Source: Bacteroidia bacterium (GTDB lineage Bacteria; Bacteroidota; Bacteroidia; Palsa-965). Taken from it: a stretch of DNA of 64,000 nucleotides. The position numbers and the translations under genes were made by a program. The stretch lies in NCBI GenBank assembly GCA_044344795.1, contig JBIJCF010000006.1:32245-96244 (forward strand). The letters run 5' to 3'. The first letter of the stretch is position 1, and the number at the start of each line of letters is the position of its first letter. This document shows, in pieces, positions 50,198 to 59,036 of the stretch. Below the pieces are notes generated by a model that was given only the letters and a program-made list of their open reading frames with translations, made no database searches and had not been told where the DNA came from.

Positions 50198-50623
50198 ATG
50201 GAAAATGGCAACGAAGTACTAATTCATAAAATTAAAAAGGTTGAAGAGTTTCATGAAGTCTTCATGATTGGCAATCGGCATACTCCAACCGGTAATGTTT
50301 CGCAAGATGAAGCCCTGTTACGGTACAACTTGCTGAAAGAAGAAAATGAAGAGTACCTTGAGGCTTGTCAACGCGGAGACATTGTCGAGATTGCTGATGC
50401 TTTAGGAGATATTTTATATATCGCATTCGGGACCATTTTGCGACATGGATTGCAATACAAAATTGAAGAAGTGTTCGATGAAATTCATCGCAGCAACATG
50501 TCGAAACTGGACAAAGACGGGAAACCTATTTTCCGTGAAGACGGCAAAGTGTTGAAGAGTGAATTTTACTTTCGTCCGAATATTGCGGCGTTATTAAAAC
50601 ACGAAGAACAAGAATTGAAATAG
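50198..50623 (+). CDS. MazG-like / all-alpha NTP pyrophosphohydrolase family protein.
   Basis: EENEEYLEA ... EIADALGDILYIAFG matches the E-x2-E ... D metal-binding helices of the MazG/HisE fold. Start moved to the ATG at 50198; the ORF-track start at 50174 is a TTG inside the terminator T-run. Confidence 0.55.
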   Translation: MENGNEVLIHKIKKVEEFHEVFMIGNRHTPTGNVSQDEALLRYNLLKEENEEYLEACQRGDIVEIADALGDILYIAFGTILRHGLQYKIEEVFDEIHRSNMSKLDKDGKPIFREDGKVLKSEFYFRPNIAALLKHEEQELK

Positions 50624-50624
50624 A

Positions 50625-51290
50625 TTATTGTCCCGCCTGCAACCAGGGCTGCTCCACAAAAAGTCGCACAATAACGACAACACCGGAAATGATAAATATT
50701 ATTCCGGCAGCGACATTGATTTTGTGAATCACTACATCGTTGAGGTAAGTTTTAATTTTACCTGCGGCTAATGCTTTAATTGTATCTGTTCCGAATAAAG
50801 TGAGCAAAGCTGATGTGAAAAAAGTAATCATCAATACGCCATCACCGTTAAACTTGGAAGAAGAAAAACTAATCGCACCGATCCACATCAGAATGATTAA
50901 TGGATTGACCAGATTCATAAAGAATCCTTTCAGTGCAATACCACCCACTTTTACTTGTCCGTTTTTAATTACAACAACGGTATCGCCTTCTGAAACGGGT
51001 ACGGGCTGCGGTACTTTTTTCAGCACTTGATAGACGCCATACGTAATCAGTAATCCGCCTCCTAAGATTCCAACAGGCAATGCGTATTTCTGATCTAGTA
51101 ACCATCCCGACATCCCGAAGTAAGCTAACGCCAAATAAATTAAATCGCTGGCGATAACACCTATGGACATGGCGATACCGGCTTTATATCCAAATCGTAA
51201 ACTCGATTGTATCAACGCAAAGAATGCCGGACCCAGTGAAAAACACAGGGCTAATCCGAAAAGCATTCCATGACCGATTGCGCCGAACAT
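50625..51290 (-). CDS. LysE/RhtB-family amino-acid (derivative) exporter.
   Basis: 221 aa with six TM segments. LysE-type N-terminus MFGAIGHGMLFGLALCFSLGPAF. Confidence 0.7.
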   Translation of the reverse strand: MFGAIGHGMLFGLALCFSLGPAFFALIQSSLRFGYKAGIAMSIGVIASDLIYLALAYFGMSGWLLDQKYALPVGILGGGLLITYGVYQVLKKVPQPVPVSEGDTVVVIKNGQVKVGGIALKGFFMNLVNPLIILMWIGAISFSSSKFNGDGVLMITFFTSALLTLFGTDTIKALAAGKIKTYLNDVVIHKINVAAGIIFIISGVVVIVRLFVEQPWLQAGQ

Positions 51291-51293
51291 TAA

Positions 51294-52829
51294 TTATACG
51301 TTTTGATACGATTTAAGATGTTGCTTCCAGCTTTCCAAACGTTCATCTTTGATAACACGCGGGAACTTGCTCTGGCCGCCAATTTTTCCGTTCTTTTCCA
51401 TCCACGCATAAAACACGTCAATAGGAAGAACTTCTACAATGACTTCTTTTAGAGCAGCACTTCGTTCAACACGGTAATCATCGTTCAGGTTTTTCAAATG
51501 ATTATCCAAACAATTGCGGAAGGCTTGTGCATCAACGGGTTTATTGGTGCCGACATACCAGTGATGAGCGAATAAATTTTCGTAGTTGATTCCGGCAACC
51601 GTAAACTCATTAATCGTCACGTTAAACTCATCTGCGCAAAGATCAATGGCTCTGTTCATGTTATCCTGAGACAAGTGTTCGCCACACAAACTCAGGAATT
51701 GTTTCGTTCTGCCCGTAATGATAATCTCCTGGCGTTCTAAATTGGTAAAACGAATAGTGTCACCAACAAGATAACGCCACGCACCGGAGCACGTACTGAT
51801 TAACATAGCATATTCTGTATGCTCATCCACTTCATTAATGGTGAACGTTACAGGATTAGCTTTCATCTGCCCGTCGCTGTCGAAGTTGTCGGCGTTAAAT
51901 GGAACGAACTCGAAAAATATACCGTTGTTTAATTGCAACCGCTGACCTTCTGAATCCGGGCGATCCTGAAACGCAAAAAATCCTTCCGATGCTAAATAGG
52001 TTTCCAGATAATGAATCGGTTGCCCGAGTAATTTATCAAATCCTTTGCGATACGGCTTTAGTGAAACACCACCCCAAACATAAATTTTGAGATTGGGCCA
52101 GATTTCATGTATGTGTTTAACGTTGTAATATTTGATGATACGTTCAAACAAAATCTGAATCCACGCCGGCACGCCGCACACCACACCAATATCCCAGTTC
52201 TTAGCATTCTTGGTAAGTTCATCCAGCTTGGTGTTCCAGTCGCGTTCTTTCGCAATACGATCACCGGGCTTATAAAAGTGTTGAAACCAAAATGGAATGT
52301 TTCCTGTAGTAATTCCGCTCAAATCACCGGAATAGTATGTGCCGTTGTAATTTAGGTGTGTGCTTCCGCCGATCATCAATATTCCTTTCTGAAAGAAATC
52401 GGTGGGCAAATCGTAACGATGAAGCGCCATGATTTGACGAATACTGGCCATACGAATGGCTTTCAGCATCTCTTTCGTAACAGGAATATGTTTGGATGAT
52501 GCCTCAGAAGTTCCAGAGCTTAATGCAAAATATTTGGTTTGCCCCGGCCAAGTAACATAGCCTTCACCATTCAAACTTCTATACCACCATTTACGAAACA
52601 TGCTGTTATAGTCATGCGTTTGTACGGTGCGTTGAAACGATTCTACAGGGTCTTTCTCGGTTAGCAGTTTGGTAAAGTTGTAGTGTTCTCCAATTGCTGT
52701 AAACTCCGCTTTACTCAGTAATTTTTTTAATGTTTTAACCTGAAGGTTATAGGCATCTTTCTTCCGTAAGCGCGGAATTTTATTATTCAGTTCTATGGTT
52801 TTTTTAAGAATTGAACCAATGATGGCCAT
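51294..52829 (-). CDS. GH3 (auxin-responsive promoter) family adenylate-forming acyl-acid amido synthetase.
   Basis: 511 aa. GH3 N-terminal block (YFALSSGTSEASSKHIPVT, the adenylation SSGTS P-loop-like motif) with conserved central and C-terminal regions. Confidence 0.75.
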   Translation of the reverse strand: MAIIGSILKKTIELNNKIPRLRKKDAYNLQVKTLKKLLSKAEFTAIGEHYNFTKLLTEKDPVESFQRTVQTHDYNSMFRKWWYRSLNGEGYVTWPGQTKYFALSSGTSEASSKHIPVTKEMLKAIRMASIRQIMALHRYDLPTDFFQKGILMIGGSTHLNYNGTYYSGDLSGITTGNIPFWFQHFYKPGDRIAKERDWNTKLDELTKNAKNWDIGVVCGVPAWIQILFERIIKYYNVKHIHEIWPNLKIYVWGGVSLKPYRKGFDKLLGQPIHYLETYLASEGFFAFQDRPDSEGQRLQLNNGIFFEFVPFNADNFDSDGQMKANPVTFTINEVDEHTEYAMLISTCSGAWRYLVGDTIRFTNLERQEIIITGRTKQFLSLCGEHLSQDNMNRAIDLCADEFNVTINEFTVAGINYENLFAHHWYVGTNKPVDAQAFRNCLDNHLKNLNDDYRVERSAALKEVIVEVLPIDVFYAWMEKNGKIGGQSKFPRVIKDERLESWKQHLKSYQNV

Positions 52830-52840
52830 AGTTTATAATC

Positions 52841-53686
52841 TTAACGGGTAGGAATAAAACGCTTACGTGTGATCGCTGTTTCGCGTGCAATACGACTTAC
52901 TTGCAAAGGACTAAGCGATTCGCCCTTCGGATAAATTGTTGCCAGCGCATTCATGTCACGAGCCAGTTGCGAGCATGTACTGTCGTCCGGAAATAATTGC
53001 AATAAGCCGGTGAGTTGTTCCATATATAAACGTTGTTCCTCCATAATTTCGTACAACGTAGAATTCTTGTCATCTTTTTCTGTGGAGTCAATCATGGTTG
53101 CAGTCAGGTACAAGCTTTCCAACCAACCTCCCGAAAGCACTAGTGATGCAAGTGCCAATCGATCGTTAGAAATAAGCGTGGTGTCAGCCCGCATGTAGGA
53201 ACTGAAAACCAGTTTCTGCAATGAATCTTGATTGTTACGATTGTTGTCAAAACGCTTCATGGTTGTTTCGTCGAATGCATTCGGCACAACAATCGCATCT
53301 GCCAGTACTCTCACACTTTTCAAGTATGGACCGGAATCAGCAAGCCGCGATTGTGTAATCAGCAAAGCCATATCAGCACCATAAATCCCCAAATTTAATG
53401 CCTGCAAATTCGGGTCGGTTATTTGTCCTACCTGAGCAGTATTACTTAGGATGTCAGCGTTGAAAACCACTTTGGAATTCGAAAGTTTATTCAGGATATC
53501 AAATGGAACCGGTATGGTACTAACGAATTGTTTAATTCTTTCCCGCACGCTATCGTTCATGACATTATGCACTAACGTATCGCTGTTGGATATAGAATCC
53601 ATTCGTTGATCCGGCTCGCCCGAGCTGCAGGAAGCTAATAACGAAGTAATGATAATCCAAACGAATAGGGGGAATCTGGTTTTCAT
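52841..53686 (-). CDS. Hypothetical lipoprotein.
   Basis: Signal with lipobox LLASCSSG. 281 aa. No family recognised. It sits between the M42 and GH3 genes with gaps of 12 nt or less. Confidence 0.5.
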   Translation of the reverse strand: MKTRFPLFVWIIITSLLASCSSGEPDQRMDSISNSDTLVHNVMNDSVRERIKQFVSTIPVPFDILNKLSNSKVVFNADILSNTAQVGQITDPNLQALNLGIYGADMALLITQSRLADSGPYLKSVRVLADAIVVPNAFDETTMKRFDNNRNNQDSLQKLVFSSYMRADTTLISNDRLALASLVLSGGWLESLYLTATMIDSTEKDDKNSTLYEIMEEQRLYMEQLTGLLQLFPDDSTCSQLARDMNALATIYPKGESLSPLQVSRIARETAITRKRFIPTR

Positions 53687-54795
53687 TAGCGAATGTATCT
53701 GAAGTCATGATTATTCTTGATGTTCTTCAAACTTTCAACGATGAGTTGAATAACGTGTTCCACATCATCTTTGTGCACACTTTCAACAGTAGTATGCATG
53801 TAACGAAGCGGCAAGGAAATTAATGCGGAAGGAATTCCACCGGTTGAATACGCAAAGGCATCCGTGTCTGTCCCCGTAGAGCGCGATGCAGCTTCACGCT
53901 GAAAAGGGATTTTATTTTTTTCGGCAGTGTTGATGATTAAATCGAGCAGGTTATTGTGAACTGCCGGACCGTACGTTAACGAAGGACCTTTGCCGCAAGA
54001 AACATCACCTTGCGCAATTTTATTCATCATCGGGGTTTGAGTGTCGTGTGTTACATCAGTAACGATAGCCACATTTGCACGAATTGACTCGGTAATCATT
54101 TCGGCACCGCGCAAACCTACTTCTTCCTGAACAGCGTTAACGATGTACAAGCCATAGGGAAGTTTGGTACGACTTTGCTTCAGCAAGCGTGCTACCTGCG
54201 CAATGATAAATCCTCCGATTCGGTTATCCAACGCACGACCGGTGTAGTAGCGATCATTCAACACTATGAATTCATCTTCGTAGGTAACTACACAGCCAAC
54301 GTGTACCCCAAGTTCAGCAACCTCCTTGTCGGACGTACAACCCAGGTCAAGGAAAATATTTTTCAATGTTGGAGTTTCTTCTTTACCCGGCTCACGCACG
54401 TGAATGGCAGGCCAACCGAAAACGGCTTTCACTATGCCTTTTTTAGTGTGAACGTTTACACGCTTGGAAGGTGCGATCTGATGATCAGAACCTCCATTGC
54501 GACGTAAATACACAAATCCATCTTTGGTGATATAATGTACAAACCAGGAAATTTCATCGGCGTGCGCTTCGATTACAACTTTATATTTCGCTGTAGGATT
54601 GATAACACCTACCACGTTACCGTAATTATCGGTCATGTATTCATCAACATACGGACGAATGTAGTCGAGCCACATTTGTTGTCCTTTGCTCTCGAAACCT
54701 GTTGGTGATGGGTTATTGATATATCTGGTCAGGAATTCCAGTTCGGCTTTACCGACGATACCTGCTTTGCTCGCTTTTTTCTTCACTTTAACCAT
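53686..54795 (-). CDS. M42 family metallopeptidase (glutamyl-aminopeptidase / FrvX-like).
   Basis: 369 aa. M42 metal-ligand blocks (IEAHADEIS, GRALDNRIG, AVQEEVGLRGA). Confidence 0.8.
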   Translation of the reverse strand: MVKVKKKASKAGIVGKAELEFLTRYINNPSPTGFESKGQQMWLDYIRPYVDEYMTDNYGNVVGVINPTAKYKVVIEAHADEISWFVHYITKDGFVYLRRNGGSDHQIAPSKRVNVHTKKGIVKAVFGWPAIHVREPGKEETPTLKNIFLDLGCTSDKEVAELGVHVGCVVTYEDEFIVLNDRYYTGRALDNRIGGFIIAQVARLLKQSRTKLPYGLYIVNAVQEEVGLRGAEMITESIRANVAIVTDVTHDTQTPMMNKIAQGDVSCGKGPSLTYGPAVHNNLLDLIINTAEKNKIPFQREAASRSTGTDTDAFAYSTGGIPSALISLPLRYMHTTVESVHKDDVEHVIQLIVESLKNIKNNHDFRYIR

Positions 54796-54910
54796 AACAT
54801 TTCAATTTTTGCTAAGTTAAGCAATGCCGTTAATTTTTGCCGATTTTGTTTAATTATTGCCCTTAATTAACTGTTGGTTGTGCAAGCCGATGTTAATACT
54901 AAATTAGCGT

Positions 54911-55348
54911 ATGAATAAACTCATTTCGTTCGCGCTTGTTTTCGTTTTAGGGCTTGCTGTTATTGGATGCAAAGGAAAGAAGGGCGCAACAGGTGATTCT
55001 GCGCAATTGGCACTGCCTAAAGTGATAGTTGATTCTACCTACAAAGCAGGTTTAAATACCATCACGATTGATAGCAGCAGCATTTCCGGTAACACGTTAC
55101 GTTTGTACGTAAATTATTCGGGCGGGTGCAAAAAGCACGATATCGATTTAATTTGGACCGGAATTATGGCGAAATCGTTACCCCCACAATTGCCCATGAC
55201 ATTGCGTCATAACAACCACGGCGATGCTTGTCGTCAGGTGGTGAGTGAGTTTCGCGAATTTGATTTATCACCATTAAAATCGAACGGATACAAAACGATG
55301 GTATTGAATATTCAGGGTCATCGTGTAACCTATCAACCAACACCTTAA
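54911..55348 (+). CDS. Hypothetical small lipoprotein.
   Basis: Signal with lipobox AVIGCKG. 145 aa. Lies immediately upstream of the T9SS protease gene. Confidence 0.45.
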   Translation: MNKLISFALVFVLGLAVIGCKGKKGATGDSAQLALPKVIVDSTYKAGLNTITIDSSSISGNTLRLYVNYSGGCKKHDIDLIWTGIMAKSLPPQLPMTLRHNNHGDACRQVVSEFREFDLSPLKSNGYKTMVLNIQGHRVTYQPTP

Positions 55349-55379
55349 CAATTCGCTTTTCAACACTAGAATTCAACAC

Positions 55380-57857
55380 ATGAAAAAACTTCTTCTTAGT
55401 TCCTGTTTGATTGTTGCTTCATTTTCTGCGTGGTCACAGCGTGGAGAAGGAGGAATGCCTTATTCTAATAAATCCGATTATTTTAATAACGAAGTTCCTT
55501 TCGTTACTATGCAACCTTTTAATATTGATTCTGTGCGCAATGCCGCAGCGTATCAGGATTCAGTGAAAGGACCTTATAAATTCGGTTATAATTATTTTAC
55601 GAATTTGAATCCAGATAATTCAGGAACATGGAAAGATTTATCGAATGGTGATCGCTATTGGAGATTAGGAATTACATGTCCTGAGGCGCTTTCCATTAAT
55701 CTTGCATTCAGCGGAATGGTGATGCCTCATGGCGCAAAGCTTTTTGTGTATAGTGCGGATCGTAAAGTGGTCATGGGAGCATTTACACGCAACCAGATGA
55801 ATCCTGATCAGCTATTCGGAACAGAATTAATTCCCGGAGAAGCTGTTGTTGTAGAATACTACGAACCGGCAGCTGTTCGTGGTCAGGGTTGGTTGAACGT
55901 GTTCCGCATTACGCATGGCTTCCGTGGTGTTCAGCCGTATCTGGATGATATTGGTCGCGGATTTGGCGATGCAGGAAATTGTCATAATAACACGGCTTGT
56001 CCCGGTGCAGTAGCGTGGGCGGATCAGGCACGATCTGTGGTATGTTTGGTGTCGGGCGGAAGCGAATTTTGTACGGGAGCATTAATTAATAATACTTGTA
56101 ATGATGCCACACCTTATGTCCTTACTGCTGATCACTGTGGAACAGCAAACGGTTCTTGGGTGTTTCGTTTTAACTGGCAGTCTGCAACTTGCGCAGATCC
56201 TTCAACTAATCCTTCATCACAGTCATTAACCGGCGGAACACAGCGTGCTGCATATGGTGGTTCAGACGTTAGTTTGGTTCAAATTAATCAGGCAATTCCT
56301 TCTAACTACAACGTATATTTTTCAGGGTGGAATCGTGTGAATGCAGTTGTGGACAGCACAGTTTGTATTCACCATCCTTCAGGCGATATTAAAAAAATCA
56401 GCTGGGCACAAAATGTTACCATTTCTTCTACTTATGGTGGTGCTGATTGCTGGAGAACAACACAATGGACGAGCGGTGTCACTGAGCCAGGATCTTCCGG
56501 TTCTCCACTTTATGATCCGAACAGAAGGATTATTGGACAATTGTATGGCGGTCCATCTTATTGCGGTGCGCCAACCAATAGTTTGAATGATTATTATGGA
56601 AAATTTTCAACGTCGTGGACAGGTGGTGGTACAAACGCTACACGTCTCAGTAACTGGTTGGATGCTTGCAATACCGGTGTAACGGTTTTAGATGGTTTTG
56701 ATCCTAACACGCCAACAGTAGCACTTGACGCGCAGATGAACGCAGTTGTTACACCAAGCGGAGCCTACACCAATTGTGGTGCTGCTATTAATGAAGATGT
56801 AATTGTTGTTTTGCGAAATGCCGGTGTAAATACATTGACGTCTTGCACCATTACATGGCAATTGGATTCCAATACTCCAACAGTTTTCAACTGGACAGGC
56901 TCTTTAAATTCCAACTCAACCACTCAGGTAAATCTTGGCAACATTACGTTGCCATTGGGTACACACACCGTAACTGTTGTTGTTAGCAATCCGAATAATG
57001 GATCAGATGGCAATACTGCTAATGATCAATCATCAACTACCTTTACTGTTACCACATTGGCGACAGGGACATTGCCGGTGCAAGATGGATTCCAAAGTAC
57101 CACATTCCCAAGTGCGGGATGGAGCGTAGTGAATCCGAATAACGATGTAACATGGGTACGTACTACCGCAGCAGGGTTTAACAGCAATGCTTCCATGCGT
57201 ATTGACAATTTTAATAATGACACGGAAGGAACAACGGATGATTTACGCACTCCTGTATTGGATTTAACCAACGCGATTGCCCCGATTACCGTGACATTTG
57301 ATGTAGCTTATGCACGTTATGATGCGCAATATTCAGATACATTGGGTGTGTATGTTTCCACAGATTGCGGCATCACCTGGACACAAGTGTTTTTAAAAGG
57401 AGGAACAACATTATCTACTGCACCCGACAATACAAATGCGTTTACTCCTAATGCTAATCAGTGGCGTGCGGAGTCTATTAATTTAAATGCTTATGCAGGT
57501 CAATCCGGTGTGATTGTGGCGTTCCGCGCACGCGGCGGATATGGTAATTTCTTGTACGTGGACAATATCAATTTAACTGCAGGAACAAGTTCTGTTAATG
57601 ACATCGCCGGATTGGATGCAGGAGTTTATCCTAATCCTAGCAATGACGGGATCTTTACACTAGAGTTGCAAGGTGTGTTGAACGGTGATGAAATAATAGA
57701 AGTTACTGATGTTACCGGGCGTGTTATTACTTCTACAGCAGTTAATGGCATACAACGCCACACTTTAGATTTATCCGGTGAATCGCAAGGAGTTTATTTT
57801 GTTTCGGTGCGCAACAAAGACAAATCTATTCATCGTCGTCTGTTTTACGTGAAGTAA
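55380..57857 (+). CDS. S1-family lysyl-endopeptidase-like (Lys-C / Achromobacter protease I-like) serine protease with extra beta-rich domains and a T9SS C-terminal sorting domain.
   Basis: The His block LTADHCG and the Ser block GVTEPGSSGSPLYDPNRRIIGQLYGGPSYC match API GVTEPGSSGSPIY...GQLHGGPSSC. C-terminal T9SS CTD (GVYPNPSNDGIFTLEL...GVYFVSVRNKDKSIHRRLFYVK). Confidence 0.8.
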   Translation: MKKLLLSSCLIVASFSAWSQRGEGGMPYSNKSDYFNNEVPFVTMQPFNIDSVRNAAAYQDSVKGPYKFGYNYFTNLNPDNSGTWKDLSNGDRYWRLGITCPEALSINLAFSGMVMPHGAKLFVYSADRKVVMGAFTRNQMNPDQLFGTELIPGEAVVVEYYEPAAVRGQGWLNVFRITHGFRGVQPYLDDIGRGFGDAGNCHNNTACPGAVAWADQARSVVCLVSGGSEFCTGALINNTCNDATPYVLTADHCGTANGSWVFRFNWQSATCADPSTNPSSQSLTGGTQRAAYGGSDVSLVQINQAIPSNYNVYFSGWNRVNAVVDSTVCIHHPSGDIKKISWAQNVTISSTYGGADCWRTTQWTSGVTEPGSSGSPLYDPNRRIIGQLYGGPSYCGAPTNSLNDYYGKFSTSWTGGGTNATRLSNWLDACNTGVTVLDGFDPNTPTVALDAQMNAVVTPSGAYTNCGAAINEDVIVVLRNAGVNTLTSCTITWQLDSNTPTVFNWTGSLNSNSTTQVNLGNITLPLGTHTVTVVVSNPNNGSDGNTANDQSSTTFTVTTLATGTLPVQDGFQSTTFPSAGWSVVNPNNDVTWVRTTAAGFNSNASMRIDNFNNDTEGTTDDLRTPVLDLTNAIAPITVTFDVAYARYDAQYSDTLGVYVSTDCGITWTQVFLKGGTTLSTAPDNTNAFTPNANQWRAESINLNAYAGQSGVIVAFRARGGYGNFLYVDNINLTAGTSSVNDIAGLDAGVYPNPSNDGIFTLELQGVLNGDEIIEVTDVTGRVITSTAVNGIQRHTLDLSGESQGVYFVSVRNKDKSIHRRLFYVK

Positions 57858-57887
57858 GCGACGCAGTTATAATTATTAGGGCAAGCG

Positions 57888-57920
57888 GGCTTCGTGATTC
57901 ATTTCACGGAGCCTGTTTTG
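57888..57920 (+). terminator. Rho-independent terminator after the T9SS protease gene.
   Basis: Stem GGCTTCGTGA / TCACGGAGCC (10 bp, one G·U) with loop TTCATT, then TGTTTTG. Confidence 0.6.
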
Positions 57921-57974
57921 CATTAGGTGTTTCCGGGGAATTCGCTATATTTCGGAGGATAAACACATTTTCGT

Positions 57975-59024
57975 ATGATTCGTTTGTTAATTGTAATGAC
58001 TGCCTTGTGCGGTTCTTTTCTTTATTTGTCTGCGCAGGACACGATTAAAGCTACTTCGCTGCCGGGTGCACAGGAAGCCGAACAGTTTTATAACAGCGGC
58101 ACATTGAAGTTCAACAACAAGCAGTTTGCTGATGCCATGCTGGACTTTAATAAAGCCATTGAATTCAAGCCTGATTTTGAAAAGGCCTATTTCAATCGTG
58201 GTTTAACTAAAATTGAGCTGTTGTTGGCTAAAAGTGCTATCGAAGATTTTAATAAATCCATAGAACTCAATCCTGCCGCTGATTATGCATATTTCTATCG
58301 AGGAATGGCGAAGAATTCTTTAGGCGACAAGGATGGTGCCGGAGCAGATTTTGACCAGGCCGCCCGAATGAATGCGCAGAATGATAAAGCATTTTATCAA
58401 TCGGGCGTGTTGAAATTTGAAAAATCAGATTACAAGGGTGCTATCGAATTGTTTGATAAAGCGATTCAAATAAATCAGAAAGAGGCTTACTATTTTAATG
58501 ATCGTGGAAGTGCAAAGCGCATGTTGAAAGATTATGACGGTGCTATCGCGGATTATCAGAAAGCGATTCAAATTAATCCGGGTTTAGCGTTTGTTTATAA
58601 TAATTTGGGAAGTGCGCGTAAAGAGAATGGCGATTTGAAAGGTGCGATTGAATCGTACACTACTGCGGTTAATATGAAAACCGATTATTACATCGCATAC
58701 AACAATCGTGGTGCTGCAAAATTACAATTGGGCGATCTGGATGGAGCAATTTCTGATTTCAATCGTGCGATACAATTGAAGAATGATTACGCATTTGCTT
58801 ATGTCAATCGTGCTGCTGTTCGTTACAAACGTCGCGATTATAAGGGCGCGGTTGAAGATTGCGATAAAGCCACTCAACTGAATTCCAATTATGCAGATGC
58901 ATATTTGAATCGAGGTATTGCCAAAGAAATGTTACGTGACCCCTCGGCATGTAATGATTTCAGGAAAGCCGCAGAGCTGGGCGTTGAAGTAGCGCATAAT
59001 TATGTTAACGATTGTGAGAATTAA
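57975..59024 (+). CDS. Tetratricopeptide-repeat protein (secreted or periplasmic).
   Basis: Signal peptide. About nine consecutive 34-aa TPR units with the A-x3-Y/F-N-R-G pattern (AYFNRGLTK, AYFYRGMAK, AYNNRGAAK, AYVNRAAVR, AYLNRGIAK). Confidence 0.85.
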   Translation: MIRLLIVMTALCGSFLYLSAQDTIKATSLPGAQEAEQFYNSGTLKFNNKQFADAMLDFNKAIEFKPDFEKAYFNRGLTKIELLLAKSAIEDFNKSIELNPAADYAYFYRGMAKNSLGDKDGAGADFDQAARMNAQNDKAFYQSGVLKFEKSDYKGAIELFDKAIQINQKEAYYFNDRGSAKRMLKDYDGAIADYQKAIQINPGLAFVYNNLGSARKENGDLKGAIESYTTAVNMKTDYYIAYNNRGAAKLQLGDLDGAISDFNRAIQLKNDYAFAYVNRAAVRYKRRDYKGAVEDCDKATQLNSNYADAYLNRGIAKEMLRDPSACNDFRKAAELGVEVAHNYVNDCEN

Positions 59025-59036
59025 TTCAGAAAGACG

